A stretch of DNA of 63,873 bases, the filler included, from Diploschistes diacapsis (lineage: Eukaryota), in the NCBI GenBank assembly GCA_023645945.1. It is 15 parts of 15 records of this genome, joined end to end, with 100 filler letters (N's around TTAATTAATTAA, not from the genome) between each part and the next. Parts side by side here need not be neighbours in the genome. Positions count along the whole stretch, not along the records: positions 47,561 to 50,201 come from JALAIB010002128.1; positions 50,302 to 52,942 come from JALAIB010002129.1; positions 53,043 to 55,682 come from JALAIB010002130.1; positions 55,783 to 58,419 come from JALAIB010002131.1; positions 58,520 to 61,154 come from JALAIB010002132.1; positions 61,255 to 63,873 come from JALAIB010002134.1; 9 more parts are not named here. One strand, given 5' to 3'. Shown one piece after another: positions 49,732 through 62,859 of this stretch; within the stretch, counting starts at the first letter, position 1, and each line of letters begins with the position of its first letter. Below the pieces are notes generated by a model that did not search any database, was not told where the DNA came from, and was given only the letters and a program-made list of their open reading frames with translations. Both the position numbers and the translations under genes were made by a program.

Positions 49732-51151
49732 GGTGCCGTGTGAACAGTGCTTTTGTTGTTGAAGAAGTGATAATTTCCTCCAAGATTCATGTATAAAGAG
49801 GATCGGGTTCAATTATGAGAAGCGTGAGCGTGAGCAGCAATTTTTGAACCAGCAGAAGGTACGTCTGACAGGTCGGGGGAAAGGACATAACGCGAACACA
49901 AACATGCTTCAAGGCTCAGTACAATGAATCAAGATAGGAGGAAGGCGGAACGATAAGTGATCAAACATTAGAAATCCCAAGTAGTCTTTATTTCATCTCT
50001 GCTGTTTACATGATTTTCCGAGCAATAAACCCTTTTCTGATTCCGGGTTGATTGTGATACAATTTGGAAGACCTACCCATCTAGTCTAGGAGTAGAGTCG
50101 TGACCTTAGTACCCGAGCAGACCCTAGTTACCGATCATCCATAAGCGTTTTTTATACTCAAAATGCCCTCCCCTTTTTTATCTATTATAAATTCTATATG
50201 TNNNNNNNNNNNNNNNNNNNNNNNNNNNNNNNNNNNNNNNNNNNNTTAATTAATTAANNNNNNNNNNNNNNNNNNNNNNNNNNNNNNNNNNNNNNNNNNN
50301 NGTAATAACCCCTAAGGGTCCCTGATAATACTAATGCGTAAAAGGAATTCTAAATTAATCATAAAAGAAAAAGAAACGCGATAATCCGTAAATAATCTTT
50401 TAAATTAATTTATAAATAATTTGAAGAAGAAAAAGAAATATACTTCTTATTTAACTCTTTACGTTATTCTATTATCTTCTTTTTATATTCTTTTAATTCC
50501 TTTTTAGAATCATAATATCATATTTTCTCTTGCTCTTTTTGCTGTAAAGCCTTTAATTTCAACAATATACTAAACTTTCTTTTCATATTCTTCATATCCA
50601 CCTCATTTTTTTATTATTCTTCCCTTTTTTTTTCTTTTTTTTATTTCCTGGTTCTCTCGTTCCGATAATATTAATTGTTTTATTTATTTATTTTTTATTG
50701 TTCTTTCTTAAAACTCGTATTCGATTCCTATTCTTTATCGTTCGTATTCGTATCATCCTATTTAAGCTATTTATTCGTATTCGATTTCCTTTCCCTCGTA
50801 TTCGTATTCGCGTAATTTTAATTAATTTATTTAATTTCCGTCCGGTATCAAATAACTCGAGCTAATAATATCTATCGTTTCCAATACCGATAATCTTTAA
50901 CTTCCAATTCTTTTTCAACATCTTATCTATCCGTAGCCTAACCTTCTAAATACATTTTAATTAAATTCTATTCTTTTATCTTTTCAATGCTGATAAGCCA
51001 TTTAAAGACAATTAGATACCCCTTTCTTTTCTTTTTCCATATTTTTACAAACAATATCTTTCTGTCATGTTTAAAACTTTCAGATTATAACTTTCTCCTT
51101 ATCTTCCGCAAGATATAAAAGGGTCCTTAGACAAGTCCTTAAGTTAACCCC

Positions 51152-52045
51152 CATTATAAACACAAGACGCGTTGTCTAGGGAGACTTCCCTTGCTATAAT
51201 AAATAAATAGTCGTAGGTGGTATAATAAATAAATATAATATGATCTCGTAGTCAACAGCATACTTAGGTAAGACATTTGTAAAATATAGGATACATTTTT
51301 TTGTCTAGAGCTACCTAGCAGGCCTCCTTAAATGGAGCTGCCCTGTGGGGACCACCCCTACCAAGTCTGCGGCCTACTTTTATGTTTACACTATAATCGA
51401 TCTATTTCTTTTCTTAACCTACATTCCTCTTCTATACGAGACCAAATCCACCTTGATCAATACCTCGTGTCTACGTTGTAGAGATAGAGATCATAACATT
51501 CTGGCTACTATGATATCCGTAAATGAGTAATAGCAGACTTTCTTCTATGTTTTAGTCTAAGGTACTACAAAACTATTCCTAGGATATTTGCACGATGCTG
51601 TTGAGAGAAACTTCTTAGGGACGGCTTGGATAGTTGTTGTTATTATGAACTTTTTTTCTGTTCTTCTAGGGATGGTCGATTACTTAATGGGGCTAGGTAT
51701 ACGCCCAAATAAATTCGAATACGTGGTTATAATTTTATTTAATGTTTATCTAGAAGTAAAAGCATAGTCTCGATAAATCGTATTGGTAAATAGGGTTAAA
51801 GTATTATCTATTATAAACTCAAGGCGCGCTGTCTAGGGAGACTTCCCTTGCTGTAGTAGGTAGGTGGTCGTAGGTGGTGTAGTGAAGGAGTGTAATGTGA
51901 TCCCGTAGTTAAGAGCATAGCTAGATAGGGAATTAGTGAAGTGTAGGATGCATGAATTGTCTAGAGCTATCTAGCAGGCCTCTTTAAATGGAGCTGCGCC
52001 GAGGGGACCACCCCTACCAAGTCTACCGCCTATTTTTATGGTTAC
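51152..52045. mobile_element. Two copies of another LTR (51152-51498 and partial 51809-52045)
   Basis: Direct repeat ATTATAAAC.CAAG.CGCG.TGTCTAGGGAGACTTCCCTTGCT...GGGGACCACCCCTACCAAGTCT; the first copy ends in TAACA. Confidence 0.65.
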
Positions 52046-52212
52046 AATATCAAAAACGTTAATAATAATTAAACTAATAATCTTATTTAAATAAGAAATC
52101 GTATATAAACATAATTTATTTAAAGATATCATATTAAATAAAAAATCGTTATTCATAAGCGCGTACTGGAGCGAAATCTACTACCAAGTAAAAATTAAAT
52201 AGAAATTAAGTA

Positions 52213-52942
52213 ACGTATATGCATAGCGAGCGGACACTCATAGCCAGCGGACACCCCCCACCCGATTTTACGAACTTTCAACTTTTGTATACATTTTCTA
52301 CACGTATGATTATGGAATCCTCTTTAATTAAAAATAGAATCATAATGGCATTTTAGGCTATTAAATAAAACCCAAATCTTAATATAAAACGCGCATTTTA
52401 GATATATAAGGTTCTTCGTACGACGATTATTATTTAACGCGATGGTCGTACTTTAAGACACGATATCTTAACTAATTTAATTAATATAAATCTGTTAAAA
52501 AAGAAAACGATTCTTAAATATACGATTAATTTAATCGAATGTAATTTTCCGCCGCGATAGAACGATATACGCGATATGGTTAACTTAATGCGCGTAGCTC
52601 GAAATGCGCCGCCGGTCGGATCATAAAAAGTACAAAATTTCATACGAAGATAAAAAACGTTAAAAATGCGATTTTAACGTAAAATCGATTATCAAAAAAT
52701 ATTAATTAAAGATCCACGAGTCGTACGACACGGGTTCGACCTCGTATGTAATATGATTACTAAATATAATATTTTCGATTCGAATATTTATAATTTCGAC
52801 GAAACTGGCTTTCTTATAGGAATATTAGGCCATATAAAGATCGTAATTACTTTAAATCGTAAAAATAGATTTCGTACGAAATAACCCGGTAATCGAGAAT
52901 AAATTTCTATTATATAAATCATTTACGCGGACGATTATACGT
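52213..52942 (+). mobile_element. Degraded Fot1/pogo DDE transposon (left TIR and transposase)
   Basis: TA|ACGTATATGCATAGCGAGCGGACA TIR; transposase IYNFDETGFLIG at about 52786-52820 and GNRE*ISII. Confidence 0.88.
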
Positions 52943-53042
52943 NNNNNNNNNNNNNNNNNNNNNNNNNNNNNNNNNNNNNNNNNNNNTTAATTAATTAANN
53001 NNNNNNNNNNNNNNNNNNNNNNNNNNNNNNNNNNNNNNNNNN

Positions 53043-53140
53043 AATAATTAATATAATAAATTATCGTAAGAATTGATTACGTAAACATAATTACAACTTA
53101 TACGAATCGAGAAGGATGTCCGCTCGCTATACATATACGT
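53043..53140 (+). mobile_element. Terminal inverted repeat of the same Fot1/pogo family (separate contig)
   Basis: GTCCGCTCGCTATACATATACGT|TA is the reverse complement of the TIR plus a TA target. Confidence 0.8.
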
Positions 53141-53224
53141 TATGAGTTCAGACACTGTCCGCAATGGCTGTTGTTGGTAATAAATCATTAGAAGTCAACA
53201 CGCTTAGTATACACTTAATTATTA

Positions 53225-54300
53225 GAATGTTGCCCCTAGTAACCGAAAGGACCCTAGTAACTGAACAACCATAAGCGCTTTTTACATTTAAAATGCCCGT
53301 CCCTTTTTTATTCATGTGGAGTTCCATTTTTTTGTTAAATTAAATCTAGATACACTCGGTAATGGAAAATATTTTTATCGAAACGAAAATTCGATCCCTT
53401 TCGTTATCGTTTTATTAAATCGTTCGGCGCAACGGCGTCTCCTTTTTTTCTTTTTACGATAAGCTTGGTGGCCGCTTTAAAGAATTTTTTTATTATTATA
53501 TAAGGAATTGTTCTCGCGAGATATATAGAACGTTTATAGGCCGAAAGATTCTCTACTTTTATCGTAATATTGAAAAATTTAGTGGAGGAAATTCAAAATA
53601 TTTTCGTGTCCAATAATTAACGTTAACCACAATCGTTATTAGCCGCAGCGTTTCTTAAAAAGGTATTTAGAATTAAGTACAGCCTAAAATAACTTTCTTT
53701 TAAATGATAGACCCGACGCCGCGGCGTTAGAAATTCTGCGTTCGGTTTTAGAACGTTTTTAGGAGCTTCGAGTCCAATACGACGTTATTTTTAAAAAATG
53801 TTTAGAATATAAACGAGAAAAGTATCAAATTCGGTGCTAAAAAGTGTACGAAGGTCGTCATATATATCTTTTATCGTTAAACCGATCGCCAGTGCTTAAT
53901 CGCGAGTAATCGCGATCTAACGACGATGGTTGAGACGGTTTCGATTAAAAAAGAATGATTCTTTTTTTAAATTATTTTTAAAAGTAAAGAGCCGTAGATA
54001 AAATTAATAAAAGATATTATTTCTTTAGAAAAATCTAACGCTTTAATATTTATAATTTTATTAATAATTTTATAGATATAAGGGCAGACCTGGGGAAGTA
54101 TTTATACCTCGCTACTTCCCACCCAGTTAGTTCTGCACCTTTTCGAATCTGAACCATTCAGCCTACAGATGCCACGCTACACGTGATCCTTCCAGATTAG
54201 ACTTAGCCCCTGGTTGTGTAGTATCCTTTCCTGTAAGGGCGTTTTATCTTTTAATAGATATACTATTATTCCGTTTTGTTTATATTAGATATAATAGATC
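53225..54300 (+). mobile_element. Second pogo/Fot1-like transposon remnant (related end at about 50094-50201)
   Basis: Terminal CCCTAGTAACCG repeats are shared with about 50094-50190; NINEKS (cf. NMDEKG) and NRDLTTMVETVS occur in the degraded transposase. Confidence 0.6.
54026..54246 (+). mobile_element. Solo LTR variant of the TRIM-like family
   Basis: Shares ACCTTTTCGAATCTGAACCATTCAGCCTACAGAT...GGGCGTTTTA with 29732-29946. Flanks TTCTT / TCTTT are compatible with a C>T-mutated TCCTT 5-bp TSD. Confidence 0.7.
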
Positions 54301-55379
54301 TGGAACATCCTGAACGTTTGTGGGTTCAAGGGTTGAACCCCGTAAGGCGGTAGGGCTGGCACCCACATTATTTATTTGTGCCCTCCTCTCACCTAGATAG
54401 TTTCTTCCTTGCCTTTTCGAATCTGAACCATTCAGTCTATAGATGCTAGTTACACGTAATCCTTCCGGATCAGGCTCAGCCCCCGGTAATGTGGCATCTA
54501 TTCCTGTAGGGGCGTTTTACATTCGAAAAGGTCCTTCAGGCCTATCTGCTCGGCTCAGGACCTAAAGTATTCAGTCTATATTACTTATCTACCTATTGAT
54601 CTACCTATCAAAAGAATCTAGACCTAATCTTATCTAATGCTGCCTATGCGAGCTGGCGCGTTTTTAGAGATGAAATGTTACCCAGTAGCTGGTTTACGAC
54701 ATCTAAAAGCGACGAAAAACCTCCTACAACGACAAACAATAGATCGACGAATCAGAACCCTCGATTTAATTAATATTCAGTTATAGCTGAAATACTAGAT
54801 CTAGTTTTATCTATCGCGATGAGATATTACCTAAGCGAATAACCTGGTAGTAGTAAATCTACGACATATTTATCTAGGAGCGACGAAAAGCTCCTGTAAA
54901 GAACCTACGATAAGTAATAGATCGACGAATCAGAAGCCACGATCTAATCAATTACGATAAAAGAGCTTGGGGTCCCATATAAGGAATATATTTTTTTGAA
55001 TCTTTCGAACCTTTATTTTATTAATAACAAACCTTCATTTCGCTACCTTTCGAAAACGATTTCTACTGCCATACTACTATTATTACTGCTTTTCGTTTTA
55101 AGAATCGCCTGTTTTCAGTATTATTGGTCTAATAGTATCTATTTACAACGCCGAAACTGGAAGGCGGTGAAGAATACTGCCGGAGGGAGTAAGATCGGGC
55201 ACGTGGCTACGTGTTTAGTATGGGTTGAAGATAATAAAAGAAAAAGGGACTGGATTAGGCCGAAAAGAGTATAATATTAGAGTATAAGAAAAGCAGATAT
55301 CCGAATTAGGAAAGGGGTTTTATTTTGATTTTATTTTATTTTGTTGTTAGGGGATAGTAATCGTTCAAAAAGAGGGATA
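54301..55379 (+). mobile_element. Second copy of the TRIM-like element (5' LTR, interior and PPT; 3' LTR absent)
   Basis: LTR 54301-54519, PBS ATTCGAAAAGG at 54521-54531, interior colinear with 28893-29731, and PPT AAAAAGAGGGA. Confidence 0.82.
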
Positions 55380-55600
55380 CATCACGAAAAGTTTTTGGCG
55401 GCAAAACACCGCGAAAATCCGCGAAGTTGGCGAAACTGGCGAAACCGGCGAGGTAAACGACAGATAATGCGTTTAAACGACTCGCCAACTTTCGCCAAAA
55501 GATTTGGCGAAACACGGCGAAACTGGCGAAACCGGCGAAACTGACGAAAACCGGCGAAGATGGCGAGGCCAATCATTTTTTACTAATATATTACGTAAGC
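55380..55600 (+). repeat. GGCGAAAC-repeat element, second copy
   Basis: Near-identical to 38578-38790. Confidence 0.7.
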
Positions 55601-55782
55601 AAAAAAATCAATAATTATAATATAATATTAATAATATTAATAATAATAATTAATTAATGATTATATAATCATAATATTACGTNNNNNNNNNNNNNNNNNN
55701 NNNNNNNNNNNNNNNNNNNNNNNNNNTTAATTAATTAANNNNNNNNNNNNNNNNNNNNNNNNNNNNNNNNNNNNNNNNNNNN

Positions 55783-57170
55783 ATCGTAGCGCCTATCGCT
55801 AGAATATGTAACAACCTTAGTTTTCAAGCTCGCCTATTTATCGAATAATTTATTCAACCATTTATTATAATTCACGTTCTTTGAATCGATTCTTTCGATC
55901 TGAATATTAATACCGTCAATCAACGTGTTATAAGATGATAAGAAATTAATTAATAATTATTAAAAGATTAATCTAATATTAAACTTTTGATTTAATTTAG
56001 TGGTATTGATTTTCTTTTAAATACGAATTAAATATATTTAAACATCTATGATTAATTAATCGTTCGAGAATTTGTACGTAATAAACTCAAGTCGTAATTA
56101 TCGGCATTCGCTTTCAATAATCTTTTCGTATTTGGCCTTAAGAAATATCCATTTAACGTAGGGAATATTAAGGTCCTCGATACGTTCGTAATCGACGTCG
56201 TTTGTATAAAGATATATTTAATAATTAATTTTAGTTTGATATTTTCGCCACTGATTTCTAGTATATAAAGGTTCAGGTATTAAACTAAATTAATTACTCG
56301 ATATTGGAATATCGGTATTATAATTAGGCGATGCTTCGTATAATAACACGTCGTCTGTTCCTTCGTTTTAGAGATAATTCTTGATCAATATGAATCATTC
56401 TTTATGGTTTTTTTTGCTTAATATTAGAGTTACTCTTTTTTTATTTATGATATCTTCCATAATTATAGTTTTCGTAAACAAAGAAAATTGGTATAATAAA
56501 TCAATCGTAATTAATAAATCGTTGATAAATAAAGCAGAGAAATGTGAGTTTTCTATTAAAGAAGTAAAAATAATTGAGTAAGTTCAACGAATTTAATTAA
56601 ATTTCGATACTTATCTAGAGTAATCGAATGAGTATAATAATAAAACTCTATTAGATTTCGATGATTATCGAGGAGAAAGGTTTTCGGGTGTCAATTAAAT
56701 AAACCTGAACTCAGGTCCTGAATTTTGACTTAGTTCAGCCAATTTAGTTCTTTTAGAGCAACGTAATCGGTGCCCGCGTTTTATTGATAAGTAATTTAAT
56801 TTTTACTTTGGATTTAATTATTCCAGGGTGCTATAATCCAGATCTTAGGTTTTTAAGATCTCTTTAATTTAATCTATAATAGGTAACGTAATTGGATCCC
56901 GTAGTTGTAACGGTAATATTTACCCGCAGACATTTTTAACAATTAAAAACGAAATGGTTCGAGTAGGCTAACCCGGGCTTATAATCTATTATATAACGAA
57001 TGTATTAAAGTCTGGGGATTTATTTAAAAAGAATAATCTATATGTAAGCCTTTATATCTATGGGATCCGTTAAGCTTTACAGGCTTCCGCTACTCCCAAT
57101 CCGGATTAGCCGGAACCTAAGTGGGATCAGCTGAACCTCCCAGCCATGCATTCTGCCTGCCTGCTCAACA
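55783..57170 (-). mobile_element. Copia element 5' part (LTR at about 56987-57170, PBS, UTR, gag)
   Basis: Reverse strand gives TGTTGAGCAGGCAGGCAGAATGCATGGC (LTR), a PBS-like ATTATAAGCCCG, and gag KRVTLILSKKNHKE*FILIKNYL, matching KRVAPILKKENQ***FKLIRIYL at about 40240. Confidence 0.8.
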
Positions 57171-57881
57171 GGAGGTGAGAGGTGTTTTATAGACACATTT
57201 CACCTAACTAACGCCTAGTGATTAATAATACATTTAATCTCGGATAATGTTGGATTCATAATCCAACATTATTCGGCCCATAATCCAACATAATAATGGA
57301 TCTAATTTATTTAACATAGTGGGTCTACTTTGTCCAAATATTGGATCCATGGTCCAAGTATTATTAGATCATTAATCCAATATATTAGACTAAGGATCTA
57401 ATAATCTAAACCACCTGCAATCCCATCTAATAGTCCATAACTACGAGTAGGATGTTTGACTATTATTAATAGGATGTTCAACTGTACCAGTAGGATGTTC
57501 AACAGTTATTAGTAACGTGTCCTGAAGGGCTAGAGAACCTTCAGGGTCCCACTAATACTAATTAGTCAGACAGACTAACCCATTTAAGTTCGTAATCTGT
57601 CACTCATGAGCGACGTCTGTAAGCATACCCGAACTTGTAGTAATCGAAATGAAGACGTTAGTCGGTTTCAGTAATTAGTACCAGTCAATTCGAGTAGATT
57701 TGATGCAGTGTTGTTTCAGATATATTCATTGATCATTGAGGTTGGTAAATAATGCGGAAGACTGTAGATTTGGACTGATACTGTATGACCGCCGGTTCTA
57801 GAAATACGCTTTAAGAGGCCTTGGCACGATTCCTTATATCTTGTCAGAGAGTATGATCGTTAAATAATATCCAAGTACTTA

Positions 57882-58419
57882 GGCCCTGTTTGGTGGTCAG
57901 CGTAGAGCATGCGTAGAGCCTCTACGTAGCTTATACGAGGTCACATAACATTCTATGCTCTTACCAAACGTTCCTTTTCATAAAACGTTTACGTAGACGT
58001 CGTAGAACGTCTATACGCTCTACGACCACCAAAATCTTCGTAAAATACTATAAGAACTTAAGAACTTTTATAGTACTTTACGAATTAATTCAAAATAAAT
58101 AGAAACCCTATCGCCGCCGTTTCCACCGCTTTTACCGCTTATTTCCCCCTTTTACTTACTTAAAATGGACGATTTTTAGGTTAGGTATCACGAAAACCAC
58201 GATAAGATAATCGTTCTTTTATTCGCTAATATTACGCAATTATACGTAACCTAATATTTCGATAAAATCCCTCGAAATCTAAATTTAAACGTTAAAAAAA
58301 CGTATTTTATCTTTTTTTTTATTAAACTCATTTTAATCGTTATAAAAAGATTTTACGTATATTTCGCATAATTTTTTTAAACCTTTGTAATTAATTCGAA
58401 ATTAATATATCTTTTTAAG
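57882..58419 (+). mobile_element. PIF/Harbinger-like element left end
   Basis: TTA|GGCCCTGTTTGG terminus (PIF/Tourist-like TIR with TTA target); degraded HFNRYKKILRIFRIIFLNLC resembles a Harbinger transposase N-terminus. Confidence 0.5.
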
Positions 58420-58519
58420 NNNNNNNNNNNNNNNNNNNNNNNNNNNNNNNNNNNNNNNNNNNNTTAATTAATTAANNNNNNNNNNNNNNNNNNNNNNNNN
58501 NNNNNNNNNNNNNNNNNNN

Positions 58520-61039
58520 CCGTTAACCTCCGTTCTTCGAGATATGAAAGAAAAGGATCTTCTCTGGTTAAGATCTTTACGACTCGTTTTCCTAATTATA
58601 GATTCTGATTCTAAACTATTTATTATTCGGGATATCGAACAACTTCTTAATCTTCTTATTAGACCCGTGTGTTCTAACGAAAACTACCTATTTTTCAAAC
58701 GCTGGATCTATAATTATAATCTTAACCGATCTATTCTTTCTATAACTAGCTTACATAGCAATTATAGACATATAAGGCGTCCTTAAAATAAGCGGCTTGC
58801 TTGTCCGAGCCATTATTAAAAAGAATTATAAAACAATAACAGTTCTAACCGATATAGTAACGTTTTCTATTATTTCTATTATAGTAATTTTTTCTGAGTT
58901 GGCGTCTATTAAGGAAATTTCTTTATAAGAAATGATCGTTAGATTTAATTGATTTATTATGCATTTCTTTATCATATTCATTTTAAAGCCGCTATCGAGT
59001 AATACGCGAATCCGATAATTCTTAATCGTAACTACCGCTTTCGGTCAAGTAACCGAATACATAATATCCTATAGCTGTAGATTTATTATGTCGGCCAACT
59101 ACTTCGAATTAATATTATACGTGTTAAATTATCTGGCGGATAGATTATGCGTAGAATAAATAAACTTTTTCGGTTTTGGATTTTCTGCGCGAGCATTCTT
59201 TTCGACCGTATGATTCTTTAACTCTTCTTAAAGCAAACGTATGATTCCTATTTGAAAGGTTTCTTCCAAAGTAATCTTGATTTTAGTCTTTTTAATAATC
59301 TTAAGAATTTATTTTTTTAGCAGATCAGTAGCTGTTTTTTTTAAGATTCTTGGCTTTCGGACGGCGGGAACGCGGGGACGATTTATTAAAATCTTTCCCG
59401 GTGCACTTTCGTTGGGTGGAATTATTTAAACTTCTCGATCTACCTCTTTAGGTTCCTTGGCGGCATCTTTTATAATGGTTTTTTATGTATCCGGCTCTCG
59501 TTTTTCCGTATTATCAGATACAGCAGGCTATAAGACGATAATAGCGGGTCGTATATATCTTCCTTTTCTGGCGTTTTTGTTCTATGGGAGCCGTTATTCT
59601 TCGATCGTCTTTTCTTTTAGTACCCGGCGTCGTTCGTTAAATTTCGGATTTAAAAGGTTTTTCCGTTCAGGTGCATTTTTTTATTATTTAGTAGGGCGTC
59701 TTTTAGTTACCGCATTGATTTCATATATATCTTAATAATTGGTTTCGTATGACTGAATAAAAAAGCGTTCCATCATTTTTTTGTCATTTTCTTCTTTTTC
59801 GAAATCTTTAGGCCTAAATCTAGTATTAATCACATTATAGGTTGATATCTGGTATAAAGATTTAGTTTAGACCTGTTATGGAGGACGAGGGTTCGAAAGG
59901 ATTTTGTTTTTATAAGTCTTTTTCTAATTATTAATCTGGGACATAAGCCTTTTAATCATCGTGCCTTATTTATAAAGGTTGGCCTGTTATGTTTATAAAT
60001 GGTTATTCGGACCGACGAAGATCTTATTTTCTTATATATGGATGTTTTTATTCTAGAAAAGCGGCTGTAATAGTGGACAGCGTATTTTATAATGATTATC
60101 TTCCTGGTAAAAGTAATAGGTTGTAGGGCCTCGATTAAGTATATTATCTTAAGGTTGTTTGTTCTGATTGGGTTGAATTAGAGGAGGACGAGTTGATTGA
60201 GGCTGATAGGGCCTGGTAGGTATTAAATAAGGCGCGTTAGGAATAGAGGGCCGATATAGATCGTTGGTAACGGGCGTATGATTGATTTAGGCGTCTAGAA
60301 TCATGTTTTTAAAATCTTTTATTATTCTTTCTTTCTTTTTTTTAAATATGTTTTTATTCTTTTTTATAAACTTGTTTATAAGATTTTTAAAAGAGTTTTT
60401 TGAATTATTTATAGGTTTTATATTATCGATTTTATTCTTTTTATTTTTTAGAAACGTATATCTTTTCGAATTATATTATTTATCGAGAATATCTTATAAA
60501 TCCAGTATTTCTTTAGGGTCGAAAAATACGGAAATTAAGATTTCTATTATATCATTTTCGTACACACTTAATGATCGTTTTAAAGTTATAAGAACTAAGA
60601 TCATGTTTTAAAACCGGATGTTTATATAATAGTTTCTAAACTTCTTTCTCCGATAACATATAGACAAGAATGGTAACTATTTCTCGTCCGGAAAGGATAC
60701 CCTGTTTAAAAAAGTTTCTGGCTATAGTTTTAAATTTAAAGCAAAAGTTTCGAAATCCTTCTTAACCATTACGGTATCTTATAGCCAATTTTATTAAATA
60801 AACTTTAGTATTCATCTATTATCGAGTATCAAGATAAACGTAATCCCGAAGTAAGACCTTTTTTAAAGTAGTTCAGTCGCGCTTAGTAAATTCAGAAGAA
60901 GCTTTAATTAATATATCAATAAACTCTTTACTATAATCAGACAGGCGGATAAAGAACTTTTTTACCGTTATAAGATACTTCCGATAAAACCCTTCTTACT
61001 AAATAACGAACTTAAACATATTCTTATTAATAAAGAAAG
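58520..61039 (-). mobile_element. Degraded Gypsy-like gag-protease remnant
   Basis: Reverse strand RVLLDSGFKMNMI (aspartic protease LLDSG) at about 58970-59008; AT-rich and riddled with stops. Confidence 0.6.
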
Positions 61040-61154
61040 TAGGCTGGCCGTCACTGACACTGACACGGCCGTGTCAGTGACACGGACACTGACAGTGTCA
61101 GTATCCGTGTTTTAGATTTTTTAGCTGCGGTGTCCGTGTCCGTGGATTCACGGA
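61040..61154 (-). mobile_element. hAT MITE right-type end
   Basis: TAGGCTGGCCGTCACTGACACTGACACGGCCGTGTC closely matches the reverse complement of 43765-43799. Confidence 0.8.
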
Positions 61155-62305
61155 NNNNNNNNNNNNNNNNNNNNNNNNNNNNNNNNNNNNNNNNNNNNTT
61201 AATTAATTAANNNNNNNNNNNNNNNNNNNNNNNNNNNNNNNNNNNNNNNNNNNNGGCCGTGAAATGGGGGTGGGGGAGGGAAGAAAGGAGGAGGCGTACA
61301 GGAAGGGAGGGGTGGTTTGGGAGGTTGGAGAAGGCAGAGGGAGATGCCAATGCGGGGATAGAGAAGGAGGGAGAAGCGGAGGTATATGGGAAGTTCGAGA
61401 GTGCTGAAGAGGTGGCAGGTGTAGGTGTATGGCTCTCTGTCCGACGTAACTGCCTTGGGTGGTAGTGCAAACCTCCAGCTCCTCGTGTGTGCGTGGGGGC
61501 TTCCAGAAAGCTTTTTCTGATTTGGGCTATGCAGGTAGGTGGGTATCTAGCAGCAGCAGTGGTCTTAGGTGATGGGTGGTTGCTTTGTTTGCCTGTGCCT
61601 TTCAACCCCTCTTCTTCCCTCATGTCATGTTCCTGTTCCTGTTCCTGTTCCTGTTCCTGTTTCTCTTTCTCTTTCTATTTTCTTCTTCCTATGAATTCAA
61701 TTCTCGAGGGAAGGAGGCAAGACATTGAGAGTATGAGGCGAGGGAGATGAGCATTGGGGCTTTGTTCTATGGGACTCGGTTTTGGAGGTGCATGACTTGA
61801 GATAGAGTAGATAAAATGTGAAACGATTGCATTGTAAGGAGATGAGCAGTGGAGATCGGAACGTTCGAAGACAGCGAGCGTGTGAGAGTCCAAACGGTCT
61901 ATACAATGCATGTGTATGAGGAAGGAGCATCTGAGATTGGTTTTGGATGGATTTTTGAGCTTGGTATGCTAAAATATCGTTGGGTATAGACTGCTAATCT
62001 CAAAGTAAAGCCGACTCCGCTCCTGCTTGGGCCTCGCTGTCGGATATTCGATAATCATACACGCCCCGGTGCTATGCTCGCTAAACGCATCTCGAATGTG
62101 GTGTTGGTAAGGATGAGCCCGTTAGGCGTTAGACGCCTAAGATCGGAACGCGCTGCCTTCCGATCGTATATCATGCTAAACCCCGTCCCATTGTGCTTGT
62201 GGATGGGGGAGGCCACACAACGCTGTTTGTTGGAAAGTGTCTTCTCTTCCAGGAGAGCATTGTGGTTTGAATTTTCTATTCTTTGTCGTGTGATGAAGGA
62301 GTAGA

Positions 62306-62859
62306 TTACTTCTTTCCACTTTTGCCCCCTTGTCCCTTGGACATGCTGCGTGTAAGACCGCCAATGTAATCCTGCAGTGCGGCGTTCTGTTTCTCGAGCT
62401 TGTCATGATCTTGCTTGACCATCTCGATACTCTCGGCGATCTCGAGAAGGCTGAGCTGCACTTGACGGGCATGTCTAGCGAATTATTAGATTGAGACCAA
62501 GTGGAGCAAGGAATCATTTACCCCCTTACAACCGATCGAGTAGCCTCTTCCATGGCTTCGGTCTCCTCGCTATTTCTCCTCGGGCTCATGGCTCTTGCAT
62601 CTCCCGGTGGAAAGTCCTGTTCTGCATCCTCCTCGTTGGCCCTCGATCGTGGCACGATCATGGTAGATGAATTCCGTCCTCCCAGCTTCGGACGTGCGTG
62701 TCTGCCCCTGTCGATGCTACTGCTTTCGGACGGTGCGTCGCTTTGAGTCGGCGATATTTCTGGTAGGGAAGATTTGATTTCTTTCGGGTGATTGGGCGCG
62801 TCGGAGGCGGAGGCCTCACCATCGGACGAAGAGGGGTTTGAGTCAGTGGATCGTGCCAT
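62306..62859 (-). CDS. Short coiled-coil protein (SCOC/Slo1, DUF2205-like; 2 exons)
   Basis: FPPGDARAMSPRRNSEETEAMEEATR, a GTAAAT intron, then QLSLLEIAESIEMVKQDHDKLEKQNAALQDYIGGLTRSMSKGQGGKSGKK*. Confidence 0.8.

Noticed and set aside
52213..53140. Apparent complete Fot1 element with both TIRs
   Set aside because: The two ends lie on different size-sorted contigs; they are the same family but not demonstrably one copy.
56381..60611. I/F/L/N/K-rich hydrophobic ORFs (56381, 58544, 59457, 60303; similarly 42473 and 54996)
   Set aside because: These are compositional artefacts of AT-rich RIP-mutated TE sequence.
61255..61930. Short ORFs around a (TTCCTG)n microsatellite
   Set aside because: No coherent gene model or recognisable domain, and the region is cut by the contig edge.
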